This document shows, in pieces, positions 25,327 through 37,296 of a stretch of 64,000 bases of DNA. Source of the DNA: Eledone cirrhosa (taxonomy: Eukaryota); the NCBI GenBank assembly GCA_964016885.1, contig OZ024741.1, forward strand, positions 105,028,001-105,092,000. The letters run 5' to 3'. Each line of letters starts with the position of its first letter. Position 1 is the stretch's first letter. The notes below the pieces were generated by a model. The model was given only the letters and a program-made list of their open reading frames with translations. It searched no databases and was not told the origin of the DNA. A program made the translations under genes and the position numbers.

Positions 25327-27020
25327 TTACCTTACTTCTCGTAGGGGAAGGGCGGTTTTTCCATCCTTTTCACTGCTTGTGGCCTCCTCAGGAAGGATGT
25401 CCTTATAAATCCTCCTGGAGAGTGCTTGTCGGAAGTCTCCGATGTATTTGGGGAATTTTTGTTTTAGTGTCTTGTACGTTTTCTGTGTGATGCGAGTGAT
25501 TTGTATGTGTGGAGGTCGTGTGAATTTTTGGGTTGTTGTGTAGTCTTTTTCTGTGATGCTGGCGTTGTGTTGGATGTAGTGTAATAATTGCTTGTTGTTC
25601 AAATTTAATGCTGTGTAGTGTGTATCGTTTTGGTTGTTTTGTTTTGTTTGCGTTTGTTGTGGGTTTGTTTCTGTTTCGCATTTTGGTGACTTTTGTGGTG
25701 TAGGTGATGGTGGTGTTGGGGTTAATGATGGTGATGGTGTTGGTGTTTGGGTTGATGGGGTTGGTGATGCTGGTGTGGATGGTGGCATATCTGTCCTAAC
25801 TTTTTTGTTTCTTAATTTATTTGTTTCCCTCTGTATTTTGTTTTTGGAGGGGGAAGGAAGAGAATTTTTTCTTTTTTGGTTTCTTTTTTTTCCGGATATC
25901 GTTTCCCACTCCCCGTCGTCACAATCTGTCTCCAGTTGTGATAGGCCGGGGAGTGGAAAATCCTCCACAGCCGTTAGTTTTGGTTGTGGCGTGGTGGATG
26001 GTGTAGGCGCTGGTGCTAGTTCTGAAGTGTTGGGTGGTGGTGGTGTTGGTTTTGCTGGTGGTGGTGGTGGTGGTGGTTTTGCTACTGTTGCTGGGGTTGT
26101 TGCTGTTATAGTTGCTTCTGTTGTTGCTGCTACAGTTGTTGCTGCCATCTCTGCTACTGGTGGTGTTGATGGTTGTGTCACTGGGGTGGGTAGGAGAGGT
26201 GGCCTCAACCTTTTAGTCTGAGGGCAGACAGCCCTTAGGTGGGTTCCTTCACCACAAACGACACACCTAGGCCTTCTGCCCTCGACAATTACGGTGAGGT
26301 GGCTGCCGTCAGTGAGGTCTATTACCTCTGGGATCTCCTCAATGCTTTTTTGGTCCGCTTGGATCAGGAGCTCCATCCCAGATCCGGACCAGTTCTCCAG
26401 CTTTTCTTTTGCTATTGCTATTATTTTTGTGTTGGCTTCGATGCCGGTGAGGACGGCCGCTATTAGCCAGGGAATTTCGATGGCCGATGGAACGTGGGTC
26501 ACCCTGATCTTTACGAGTCTCTGGCCACAATAGCTTGGGACGAGTGTGAAGTCGTCACTTCTTAATGGGGCCATGGAGTGTTCTCTAGCCTCCTCTGGTG
26601 TTTCAAAGAACACGTCCACGGTTCCATACTTCTGCCCACGTCTGATGTGGGTTTTTCTTGCCCACACATGTCCCAAAGCTTTTTCGATTTGGGACTCGGA
26701 TGCCCGTTCCACTCGGCGCGATTTTACATTTATTGTTCTATACGACACGGTGCATAGGCGCCGATGCTCCATTTTATTAGGTGGGGGGCGGGGGTGAGGC
26801 TGACCCTGTACCCATCTTTCTTTACCATTTGTTTGGCATTTTCTAAATCCTCCTGAGTTACCGTAAATGCTTCGAACTGTTTTGCTACTCTGGCAAAACT
26901 GAGGGTGGTTTTTTTAATGTCATTGTTGTTGTTGTTGCTATCGTTATTTTTGTTATTATTAATTTTAGTTTCAGTTGTGGTGGTGGTGACGTCAGTGAAG
27001 TTCTGTTTGGGAGAGTCCAT
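25327..27020 (-). pseudogene. Tx1-B ORF1 (zinc-knuckle nucleic-acid chaperone), frameshifted near 26780
   Basis: CCHC knuckle CVVCGEGTHLRAVC, a Pro/Thr-rich linker and a basic patch; it lies directly upstream of ORF2. Confidence 0.85.
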
Positions 27021-27503
27021 TTTGGTTGAAAATATTTCGACATCACGAGTTGATTTATTTTTTCCTTATGTTTCTGTTGTCGCAGTGGTGGTGGTGGAGG
27101 GGGTGGCGGCTTTAACACCTGCAGTCATTGGTAATGGCGGGAAATGAATGTCTGCCTGAGACAAATTTAAAATATTGCTAGTGCTTAAATTGTTTGTGTT
27201 GGAAGACTATAATCATTTACAATGGTGGTGTCGGTGTGAGGTGTTAATTTGTGAGGAAGGCTTTCAGCTGCTTGGTGCAGTGGTGAATTAGCCATTTTTT
27301 TTCAAAGAAATTTTTGATAATCATAAAAGTTTAAATTTTGGGCACAAGGCCCCAATCTTTTTGGGTGTCCTTTTCGGAAAACAATGTATGTGCGCTTATA
27401 TATAGTTAACAATAAAAATTTTCCATAAATGGCAATTTTTAACAAACGGAAATAACAAACCTTTGCGGAGCACACGATGATACGATTTACTACGTAGGTC
27501 GCC

Positions 27504-27549
<46 letters not shown>

Positions 27550-27792
27550 TTTTCTTTATTAACCACAGGGGTTTACATAAAGTAGACATTAAAGACAGTA
27601 CAGGACAATACAGGACGGTACAAATGGGCATTTCTGCGTGTAAAAAAAACAGAGGTTGAAATAAAATAACAAAGAAAAATTCCCCAATAGGGGGGAGACT
27701 TCCGAGGGACATTTGTGGAGAAAGCCCATTAAAAGACCACAGTGGCCCTGACCACCAGGGCAAGTGCCCTCTCCCAGTTTTCCACCTTTAAT

Positions 27793-30700
27793 TTACAGAC
27801 ACATACTCAGAGATGGCCCATTCATTCGGGCCATACTTGCTTCTCTCACCCATCTTTCAACAAAATGCTGGGAAGAGAACACTTCCCTCTCTACCCTGAT
27901 TTTCCTTTTCAAATGAAATTTGAAAAAGTTAATCAGGGCATCACCGAAGAGGTAAGTGCTCGTCTTCAGCCCTTTCAAACGTGTCCACCATACTATCTCT
28001 TTCGCCATGGCCACCAGACAGATAAAAACTGCCTGCCCTTCCCGGCTAAAGGAAGGGGGCGGCCAATCCTCACGATGGACTCAGCTGATAGCTGGATCCG
28101 TCCTACACGTGACAGCAGGTGTTCGACATAAACCCACAAGTCAGCAATGCTCGGACACTGGACGAGTGCGTGCAGGACGGTTTCGTCGTCCTGCGCGCAT
28201 CTCGGACATGCCCGGCTGACGGTACCTCCATGCCTGTAGAGTTTATCCCGAATTGGCAAAGCTCCTCGGTTGCACTGCCAGGCCAGGGATTTCTGGAAGT
28301 TGTCCATAGGCCCCGGCCCGAAAGTCCTTCCGAAGAGATTGGCTAGTTGATTTTCGTCGACGCCTAGAGTTTCTCCAAGTACGTCGTCGCTCTTCCCCTC
28401 CACTAATCCCCTATAGAACGCCAAGGTGGAGTTTCTACCGATTACATTGCCCGATTGGTCGAGGGCTGTGAGCGCCTGAAGACATTCCAGTCTCCAAGCG
28501 CTCCCTCTCGGGCTTCGCTTGACCCAGGACTGTAGCTCCGTCAAGAAAACGAGCTGGGGAAAGACGCGACTAGCAAACGGCGACTGCACCTGATCACCGT
28601 CGAGGAAGAGGTGGAGATGTCGTAGCCTGAGCGCGTGTCTGCGCATCATCAGCCACGGCATGACCAGCCCTCCACGTAGCGGGTGTTGACAGCAGATGGA
28701 CCGCCTGACCATCGGAGCGCGTCCCTTCAACAAAAAGCGAAAGAGCAAACGCTCCAGCGCAGTCAGGCGGGGCTTAGGACAAGGTACGACGGTCAGGCGG
28801 TAGTAGATGACGGACGCGATGTACGCATTCGCCACCTCCGCTCGACCTTTCAGGGATATCTTCCTCTCGGCCCATTTCTGGGTGAGAGAAGCCACCCTGC
28901 TCGTCACCTCGTCCCAGTTTTTGTCCGTCTGGAGGTCTGGACCGAACCAGACCGCTAGCAATTTAACCGGTCCTGTCGTCCAGCGCCCGACGACGCTGTT
29001 GGACGGCATGGACCTGCCTCGCCAGGTGCCGAGCTGCAGGCCCACTGACTTTTCCTGGTTGATCATTGCTCCTGTCACCGCTTCGTATTCTCTTAGTGTA
29101 GTGCCGATCGCCTCGATGTGTTTGGCGTTCGACACCACTACGATGACATCGTCCGCATATGATGACACGGATCTTCCGCATCCTAGTTCGCGCGGGACCC
29201 CCCTCAACGTCTCCAGTTTGTGCAGTAATGGCTCGAGAGTCAATACGTACAATAGGGACGTAAGGGGACATCCTTGGCGGACCGAGCGCATGATGTTGAA
29301 CGGTTCCGAAAGGTGACCGTTCACTCTCACTACAGAGCAGATGTCGCTGTGCATGGCAGCGATCCAGCCTCTGAAGACGGGCCCAAAGCCAGCCGCCCTC
29401 AGGACTGCCGCTAGGTAACGATGGTCGACCCTATCGAAGGCTTTCGACTGATCTAAATTGATCAAAGACCCACCCGTGCCAGGTTCCCTAGCTACCCTCT
29501 CTACGATGTATCGCATGAGGTGGAGGTTGTCGTGAATGGATCTGTCGGGAATGGCGCATGTCTGTGCCTCTCCCACCAGACCACCAACGACAAGCGCCAA
29601 CCTCTTTGCTAGCACCTTGGCCAAAATCTTGAACTCTGTGTTTAGCAGAGTTATGGGCCTAAAATTATCTATGTTATCCCCCTTGTTCGGATCCTGTCTC
29701 AGCAGCGCCACCGCTCCTCGGCCCACAGAACTGGGAATTCTCCCGTTCTGTTGCCAGTTGCAGTAGACGTCCGCCAAGAGGCCTCCGAACAAGTCTGGCA
29801 TCTGTACGTAAAGTTCATAGGGCAGACCATCCAAACCAGGCGATTTACCCCTTGTGCAGCCAGTCATTGCCTCCCTTACTTCAGCGGCTGTTATCGGCTT
29901 TTCGCAACAGTTCGCCTCAGTGGCCGAGAGCCGCGGTAGTCCGTCGAGGTAGACACTAAAGTCCATCCCTCGACCCGGCCCACCGCTGCCCCCGAACAGC
30001 TGAGCGAAGTGTCGCTGAAAAGCTTCACACATTTGCCCGGGATCGAGTAGCATGCGCCCGTCGTGGTCCACCAAAGACTGGATCGTGGCTTTGTTGCCAC
30101 GACGCGCCTCCGTCACTCGGGCCCATTGAACGGCTTTCGTCCCCTCGTGTCTGAGAGCACGCACCCATGCTCTGACAACGCAGCCTTCGTGCTTTGCATT
30201 GAAGAATTGGTCAAGGGCCAATTTCGCCGCAAGCACGTCGGTCGCAATGCCTTTGCTAAGCGCCTCGTCTAATTTTCTAACTAGTTCTCCCTCTGCTCTA
30301 TTTTTCTCTATTGCTAAAGCCTTACTAAACCTAATGGATTCTATTCTAATCGCTCTTTTCAGAGCAAACCACCACTTGTTCTTGACAATGGCCCCCGTCA
30401 ACGCCCGCTTAACTAGTTCGCTAATCCGGTCTCTGTAGGCCTTGCGCGCTGGTAAGTACGCGTTTAGCTTCCAGTAGCCGGGTCCTCGTCTATGAAGCCT
30501 ATCTAAGTCAAGCACACAGATCACGAATTTGTGGTCCGTGTAGCTGACTATCTTGAATTGTGGACAGCCTATGCTAGACCTATCTATTTCCCTACAAAAT
30601 ACTCTATCTAGATATGATATGGATGACCCTATGCGATTTGTCAAAGTCCACATTGGCACATTCGGGAAATCCAATCGGTACCTGTCAGACAGTTCAAAAC

Positions 30701-31211
30701 GCCTGAGCAGGTTGGTGAGGCTCTTGCACCCTCCACCCCTATCCGCTAATCCCACACAGTCCCAGCGTGCATCTAAGATCCCGTTCCAGTCGCCCACTAA
30801 CACTAAAGAGCGGGACGTTCCAAGAAAGGTCTCCAGACGCCGGAAGAAATCAGGCCGCCCTGCTCCTGTCGGGGCATAGACGGCCACTAGCTTGAAAGCT
30901 TGCCCGTCTCCGCTGGTCACGTCCAGCACCACCAACTTACCCTCTGGGTCCAGGAAGATGGCCCGTATGGCGAGATCCAAACCTCTCCGAAAAAGCACAG
31001 CAACTCCTCCCCCCGATCCAAGACGGCTGGGAGATGCGTACACATCGTAGCCGCCGAAGACCGGTGCGAAGGGCCGTGCTTCGGAGATTCTGGTCTCGCT
31101 GATGGCCACTACATCTATGTTTAGTGACCTGAGGTCGTTGAGCAGGTGACCCTGCTTCCATGACGATCCCAAGCCACGCGCATTTATGTTGCCTATTCTG
31201 GGTGAGGTCAT
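27793..31211 (-). CDS. Tx1-C ORF2 polyprotein (APE endonuclease, reverse transcriptase, CCHC); 1072-aa open frame with one frameshift near the C-terminus (~28060)
   Basis: APE and RT motifs are intact (GDWN, YLDRVF, TDHK, LDQSKAFDRV, RQGCP, YADD). The C-terminal piece continues in the 27793-28014 frame. Confidence 0.9.
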
Positions 31212-31246
31212 GTTTAAAATAGAGTGGAAAAGATGGGAAAGACCAC

Positions 31247-33243
31247 TTACCGTACTTTTCGTAGAGGAGGGATGGTTTTTCCATCCCTTTTCACTTGATC
31301 GTCTGGTGAAGGGACCGTTGAATCGTCCCTTCGGCTGGTCGTCGGCTCTTCTATGAGTATGTCCGAATATATTCTTCGGTTGATAGTTCCTCCTAGGTCT
31401 CTGAAATCACCAACTGCGTTGGGGAATTTCGTTTTAATGTTTGTGTATTGTTTCTGTGCTATTTTTAGCAGTCTTATGTTAGTTGGCGTTTTGATTGGTG
31501 CTGGTATTATGTAGTCGTGTTGTGAAATGTCTGTGTGTTCAATTATGTAAGTCATTAGTTTCTTGTTGTGTGTATTTATTGCCGTGCATTTGTTTTTCTG
31601 GGGGTGGGGTGTGGTTCTGCTATTTTCTTGTCGTTTTTGCTGGGTGTGTGTGTGTTTTGTTGTTGTGTTTGCGATGTTGGTGCTTGTGGTGGTGGTGTTG
31701 AAGGTGTTGTTGGCGGTGGGGTTGTCGCCGGTGGTGATGGTGGTGCTAGTGTGGGTGGTGATGGTGTTGGTGGTGTTGCTGCTGTGACTCTCTTTGCAGT
31801 AGACTTTACCCTTTTTTCATTTCTTTCCTCCCTTTTCAAATGCGACGATGCGTTGCTTCTGCGTTTGTGCCTTCTTACGACCTTTTGCCATCCCTCTCCC
31901 ACCTCACACTCCATGTCTGATTCTGTGAGGTCGGGGAGGGGTACCAGCTCCACTCTTTCACTTGTTGTTGTTGGTGATGTTTGCACTGGAGTCTCTGTTG
32001 CAGCTGCATTTGGTATTGCTGTTGTTATTGTTAATACTTCCACTGCTGCTGCTGTTTTTGATTTCCGTGGCGTGGGTATGGGTGCCACGGACCTATCGTT
32101 CCTGGTTGCCGCTTGTCCTGTTGCTGGTAGCCGTGGAGCCGGTTTCGGAAGGAGGGGGGCTTTCTCCTTTCTCAGGGTCTTCTCGTTGCAGAAGGCCCTG
32201 AGTTGAGTCTTTGATCCACAGCGAAAGCATTTCGGGCGTTTGCCCTCAACACTTATGGGCAGTTGAGTGCCGTTATCGAAGTCTATCACATCCGGGATAG
32301 CTTCGATGCACTCCTGGTTGGTTTGGATTAACATCTCAATGGAGGTGCCGACCCAATCTTCTCTTACTTTTTTCTGTACTTGCAGTACAGTTGTTTTGTC
32401 CTCGATTCCGACGAGGACAGACGCGGCCAGCCAAGAAGGGGCCATCCCGGGGGGGACGTGGGTCAGTTTGAGCCTCACAATTTTTTGCCCGCAGTAGGAG
32501 GGCACCAACACCATTTCCTCGCTCCTTAGGGTCACTAAGGATTGAGCCTTTGCCTCCTGGGGTGTGGCAAAAAGTACGTCTACGGTGGCATATTTCTTGC
32601 CTCGGGTGATGTGCGTTTTCCGCTGCCACACAGACCCCAAGGCTTTTTGTATTTGAGCCTCTGTGGCTCTTTCAACCCTACGGGATTTTGTACTTACTGT
32701 ACGGTACGTGACCGTACAGTGCTGTTGGGTTTCGAAAAAATTTTCCGCTGCCTTGCAGATTGCTCGGTGTCCAGTTTTTGTCACCATCTTCTTCGCTTCC
32801 TCTAATTCCTCATTTGTTATGAGGATTGTTTCCAGGTTCTTCGCGATACCGGCAAACGAGATTGGTTTTTTTTTGCTGCCGTTGTTGTTGTTGTCGTCGT
32901 CAGAGCTGCTGTTACTTTTGTTGTTGCTGCAGGTACTACGACTACTGCCGCCGCCGCTGTTGCTGTGGTTGTTGTTGTTGTTGCTGCTGCTAATGCTGTT
33001 GTTGTTTATGCTGCTGCTGATGCTGTTGCGGCTGCTACTGTTATTTTCATTGTCACTGTTGCTGTTGTTATTACGGCTGCTACTGCTATTATTCCTGACG
33101 TCAGACGAATGAAATGGGTTTTCGTATTTCCCAAACACCTGTTTCGTCGCTGTCGTCGTCGTGGTGGAGAAATCTTGCACGCTTTGCACGAGACTTTTCT
33201 TTTCTGTCGTCGCTTGCGAAAGAGAAGGGAGGGAGAGAGACAC
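31247..33243 (-). pseudogene. Tx1-C ORF1 with an Asn/Ser-rich N-terminus and a degenerate knuckle (CFRCGSKTQLRAFC); frameshift near 31600
   Basis: Homologous to the ORF1s of copies B and F. Confidence 0.85.
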
Positions 33244-33565
33244 ATTTAAAGAAGGGAGAGAGACATTTTTCTCTCTGCTGTAGTGACGATTGAAGAAGAA
33301 GAAGGCGGAATGAGTGGGAGTGACCGATGAAAATTCTTTTTCGTAGCCATGTTGTTTTTTTGTTTAAAATAAATATTGGGCACAAAACCCCAATAAGCAG
33401 TTATTTAACCCCGAAGGGCCAAATAACGGGCAGAAAGACCCCTCTCACGAGGAGGAGAGTGTTTTTGTCTACAAGTTGGTTAAAGTTTTAAACAATTTAC
33501 AATTGTTATAGCGGTCAAAATTTACAATACCTTACAGAGCCGAGCCTCCGTCAACCATAGCATTC

Positions 33566-33609
<44 letters not shown>

Positions 33610-36147
33610 GCCGAAGAAAAAGTTCATAATATACATGCCCCATGGATAGACAGACAAATAAAAGATACAGCTCACCTTGAGGAACAAATATGGGAAAATA
33701 TAACAGTTGAACAGTTGCGTTTGGCTCTTAGAAAAACCAGCAAATGGAAATCCCCAGGAAAAGACAAAATACAAAATTTTTGGATAAATGCCTTCACAGA
33801 GTCTCATGAGCTGTTAGCCCAACTTTACAATGAAATAGTTAAGGAGCCAGAAAAGATACCATCATGGCTAGTTAACGGCATTACATTCCTGCTTCCGAAG
33901 AATGATGAGACAAACAATCCCAAAAATTACAGACCGATAACCTGCTTGACCACAATGTATAAAATTTTAACATCAGTCCTAACTGAATATACATATGACC
34001 ACCTGATAACAAGTGACCTATTTCCAAATGAGCAGAAAGGGTGTAAACGAGGCTCATATGGCTGTAAGGATCAGCTTTTGGTTAACAAAATGATACTGGA
34101 AGATTGTCATAATAGACACAAAAATCTATCAATTGCTTGGATAGATGATAAAAAAGCATCCGATAGTTTGCCTCACAGTTGGATTGAAAAATGTTTAGAG
34201 ATTTTCAAAATATCCCCCGTTGTCAGGAGGTTTTTGTCATTCAGTATGAAGACATGGAAAACGACACTCCTTTTGAATAGTGAAACAAAATCACTGGAAG
34301 TTGGAGAAGTTAATATTAATTGTGGAATTTTTCAGGGTGACTCTTTATCACCGCTTTTATTCTGCATCACACTTATACCATTAAGTAAAATTCTCAATGA
34401 AACAAAACATGGATATAAAGTCTATGACAAAACCATTAATCACTTGTTCTACATGGATGACCTGAAATTATTTGCAAAAAAAATGATGAACAATTGCAAG
34501 GGCTATTATCCACTGTGGAGCAGTTCAGTGATGACATTAAAATGGAGTTTGGACTAGATAAATGCGCCAAAGCAACGTTCACCAGAGGAAAGCTGCTGAA
34601 AAGTTCAGACATTAATCTTGACCGAGGGAATGTGATAAGAGAACTTGATCAAGAGGAAACTTACAAATATCTAGGTGTTTGTGAAGGAGACGGAATCAAG
34701 CACTCGACAATGAGGGAAAGGATAAGGAAGGAATGTTACCGCAGAGTAAGAGCAATCTTAAGAACGGAATTGAATGCAAGGAATAGGATCGATGCCATAA
34801 ACACGCTTGCCATACCAGTAGTAACCTACAGTTACAATGTCATCAACTGGTCAAGCACAGATATCCGAAGGCTCGATACAAAAATTCGAAAATTCTTAAC
34901 CATGCACAGAATGCATCACCCTAAGGCAGATACAGATAGAATATATCTCCCTAGGCAATAAGGAGGACGTGGGTTAATCCAGTTAGATATTGCGTTGAAA
35001 ACTGCAACAATTGGATTATCTACATATCTAAGGGAATCACATGATTGGATGATCAAACTCGTTTTGAAACACTAAAGCATCAAAAGATCATACTCCATTA
35101 CAAAAGATGCACAAAGATACAGTAATGGACTACAAATTTCAGAAGTCCCATTTACTGCTGAAATTGAAAACACAGAAAAAGCAAAGGAAGTAAAAGTAAC
35201 TGCAAAGAAAGAACTGCTACAGAAACTGGATAAGAAATGGCAAGAAAAGCCTCTGTATTGAAAATACCCAGAAAGAGCTAACAATCCTGATGTTGACAAA
35301 ACTTTAACCCATCAGTGGTTGGCATCCTCTGGACTGAAATCAGAGACTGAAGGACTGATTATATCAGCACAAGATCAGTGTCTGCCAACAAAAAAATTAC
35401 CAAGCCAACATAATAAAAAATGGATGCAGCCCATTATGCCGTGTATGTAAAAAACAACCAGAGACCATTGATCATATAATTTCAATGTGCAGTCCTATTG
35501 CTCCAACCGAATACCTAAACAGGCATGACAGAGCTGCACAATACATACATTGGATAATGTGTAAGCATTTTGACCTGCCCCATCAAAAGAATTGGTGGGA
35601 GCATCAACTACCTCCCGTACTTGAAAAAGATCACATCTCAATCCTGTGGAACTTTAGCATCCAAACAGACCGAAAAATAGATGCAAATAGACCTGATATA
35701 ATACTGAAGGACTTTAAAAAGAGGGTATGCCTGCTAATTGATATGTCCGTTCCAATAGACAAGAATGTATCTATAAAAACATTTGAAAAATTGAGCAAGT
35801 ATAAGGACCTGGAGATAGAAATTGGAAAAATGTGGAAATTGAGAACTAAAACAATACCAGTGGTTGTAGGCGCTCTGGGAATGATACCTAAGGGGTCTAA
35901 TGATTACTTATCGCAAATCCCAGGAAACCCGCGTATAGGAGAAATACAAAAGATAGTACTAATGGGAACTGCCCATATACTAAGGAAGATTCTGTCAATA
36001 TAAGTACATCACAAGTCTAAACACTAAAGATGCATGTGTGAGTATGTATGTTCTTTCTTGAACATGGCGGACCTTGTTGTCTCTTGAGGTCACTGGTTGT
36101 GACTTGGTGATAACTCGTATGAACATAAAGCAAGATAAATGCAACTG
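33610..36147 (+). mobile_element. 5'-truncated R4/Dong-type RLE LINE within (TAA)n
   Basis: RT motifs [25 protein letters not shown] and YMDDLK; zinc finger CRVC...ETIDH....C; RLE motifs RHD, RPD, D..VP and KLSKY. It has several stops and frameshifts, with (TAA)n on both sides. Confidence 0.9.
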
Positions 36148-36283
36148 TAATAATAATAATAATAATAATAATAATGATTTCTTTATTGGCCACAAGGGCT
36201 GACATCAAGAAAAACATCACAGACGGAACAGGACGGTACAATGTGGGTTTTGTGCGTGTAAATATTTTTATTATTTATATAAG

Positions 36284-37083
36284 CATTATTTGTATAAGCA
36301 TTTGCATGCCTATACCTGACCAGTTCTCTCTCCCTATTTTTTCTACTTGCAGCATGGTCGCCCTGTTCTCAATTCCAGCAAGGACAGACGCGGTCAGCCA
36401 AGGTATGGGCACGTCGGCTGGGACCTGGCTCACTTTGACCCTCACAATTTTCTGCCCGCAGTAGGAGGGCACCAAGACTAACTCCTCACTCTTTAGGGTT
36501 TCCAAAGAGTGAGACTTTGCTTCCTGGGGGGTGGCGAAAAGTACGTCTACTGTGGCGTACTTTCTGCCTCGGGTGATGTGGGTTTTGCGTGCCCAGACGC
36601 ACCCCAAGGCCTTTTGGATTTGAGCCTCCGTGGCTCTCTCCACTCGATGTGAGATTTTGCTTACGGTGCGGTAAGTCACCGTTCGTAGCTGCTGGTCCTT
36701 GAAAAAATCGGGTGGAGATTTCAGGGAAACTCTATTTGCGCTTCTTGTTACCATGGCCCTTGTGACTGCCATCTCCTCCTCTGTGACTAACACTGTCTCG
36801 ATATTTCGGGCGACACCTGCAGAAGAAGTGGTCCCTTTTTCAGCAGCACCACTATTGCTGCCGCTACTGGTCTTACTGGTGGTGCTGAGGTCGCTATTAC
36901 AGGTGGATTGGCAGTATCGGTAGAGGGTCGGACGCCATGCTTTCCAGCATTGTTACGTCCCTTTACGATCTGAGTTCAAATCCCGCCGAGGTTGACTTTG
37001 CCTTTCATCCTTACGGGGTCGATAAAATAAAGTACCAGTAATGAACTGGGTAATTGCTGGCCTTGTGCCTAAAAGTAGAAACA
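36284..37083 (+). mobile_element. Chimeric insertion: ~615-bp copy of Tx1-F ORF1 fused to a SINE, with a 14-bp target-site duplication
   Basis: 36289-36903 matches 41643-42258. The SINE spans 36903-37083. ATTATTTATATAAG occurs at 36270-36283 and 37084-37097. Confidence 0.85.
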
Positions 37084-37296
37084 ATTATTTATATAAGAAA
37101 GAAAAAAAAGACATAAAACAAATATATATATAAACAATAAAATGAAAATTGAAACAAAGAAAAATTCCCCAATAGGGGGGGGGGGGCCTCCGAGGGTTAC
37201 TCGTGGCGAAAACCACACAAAAGACCACAGCCACCCTGACTACCAGGGCAAGCGCCCTCTCTCAATTTTTCCATCTCTCAAACTACAGACGTATAT

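Larger units (their letters stand above)
21811..27503 (-). mobile_element. Near-full-length L1/Tx1-type LINE (copy B)
   Basis: 5' UTR, ORF1 and ORF2 are present, with a 3' end AATAAAGAAAGC(ATT)n. (TAA)n lies at both ends. Confidence 0.92.
27549..33565 (-). mobile_element. Near-full-length L1/Tx1-type LINE (copy C)
   Basis: Same organisation as copy B; flanked by (TAA)n at 27504-27548 and 33566-33609. Confidence 0.93.
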
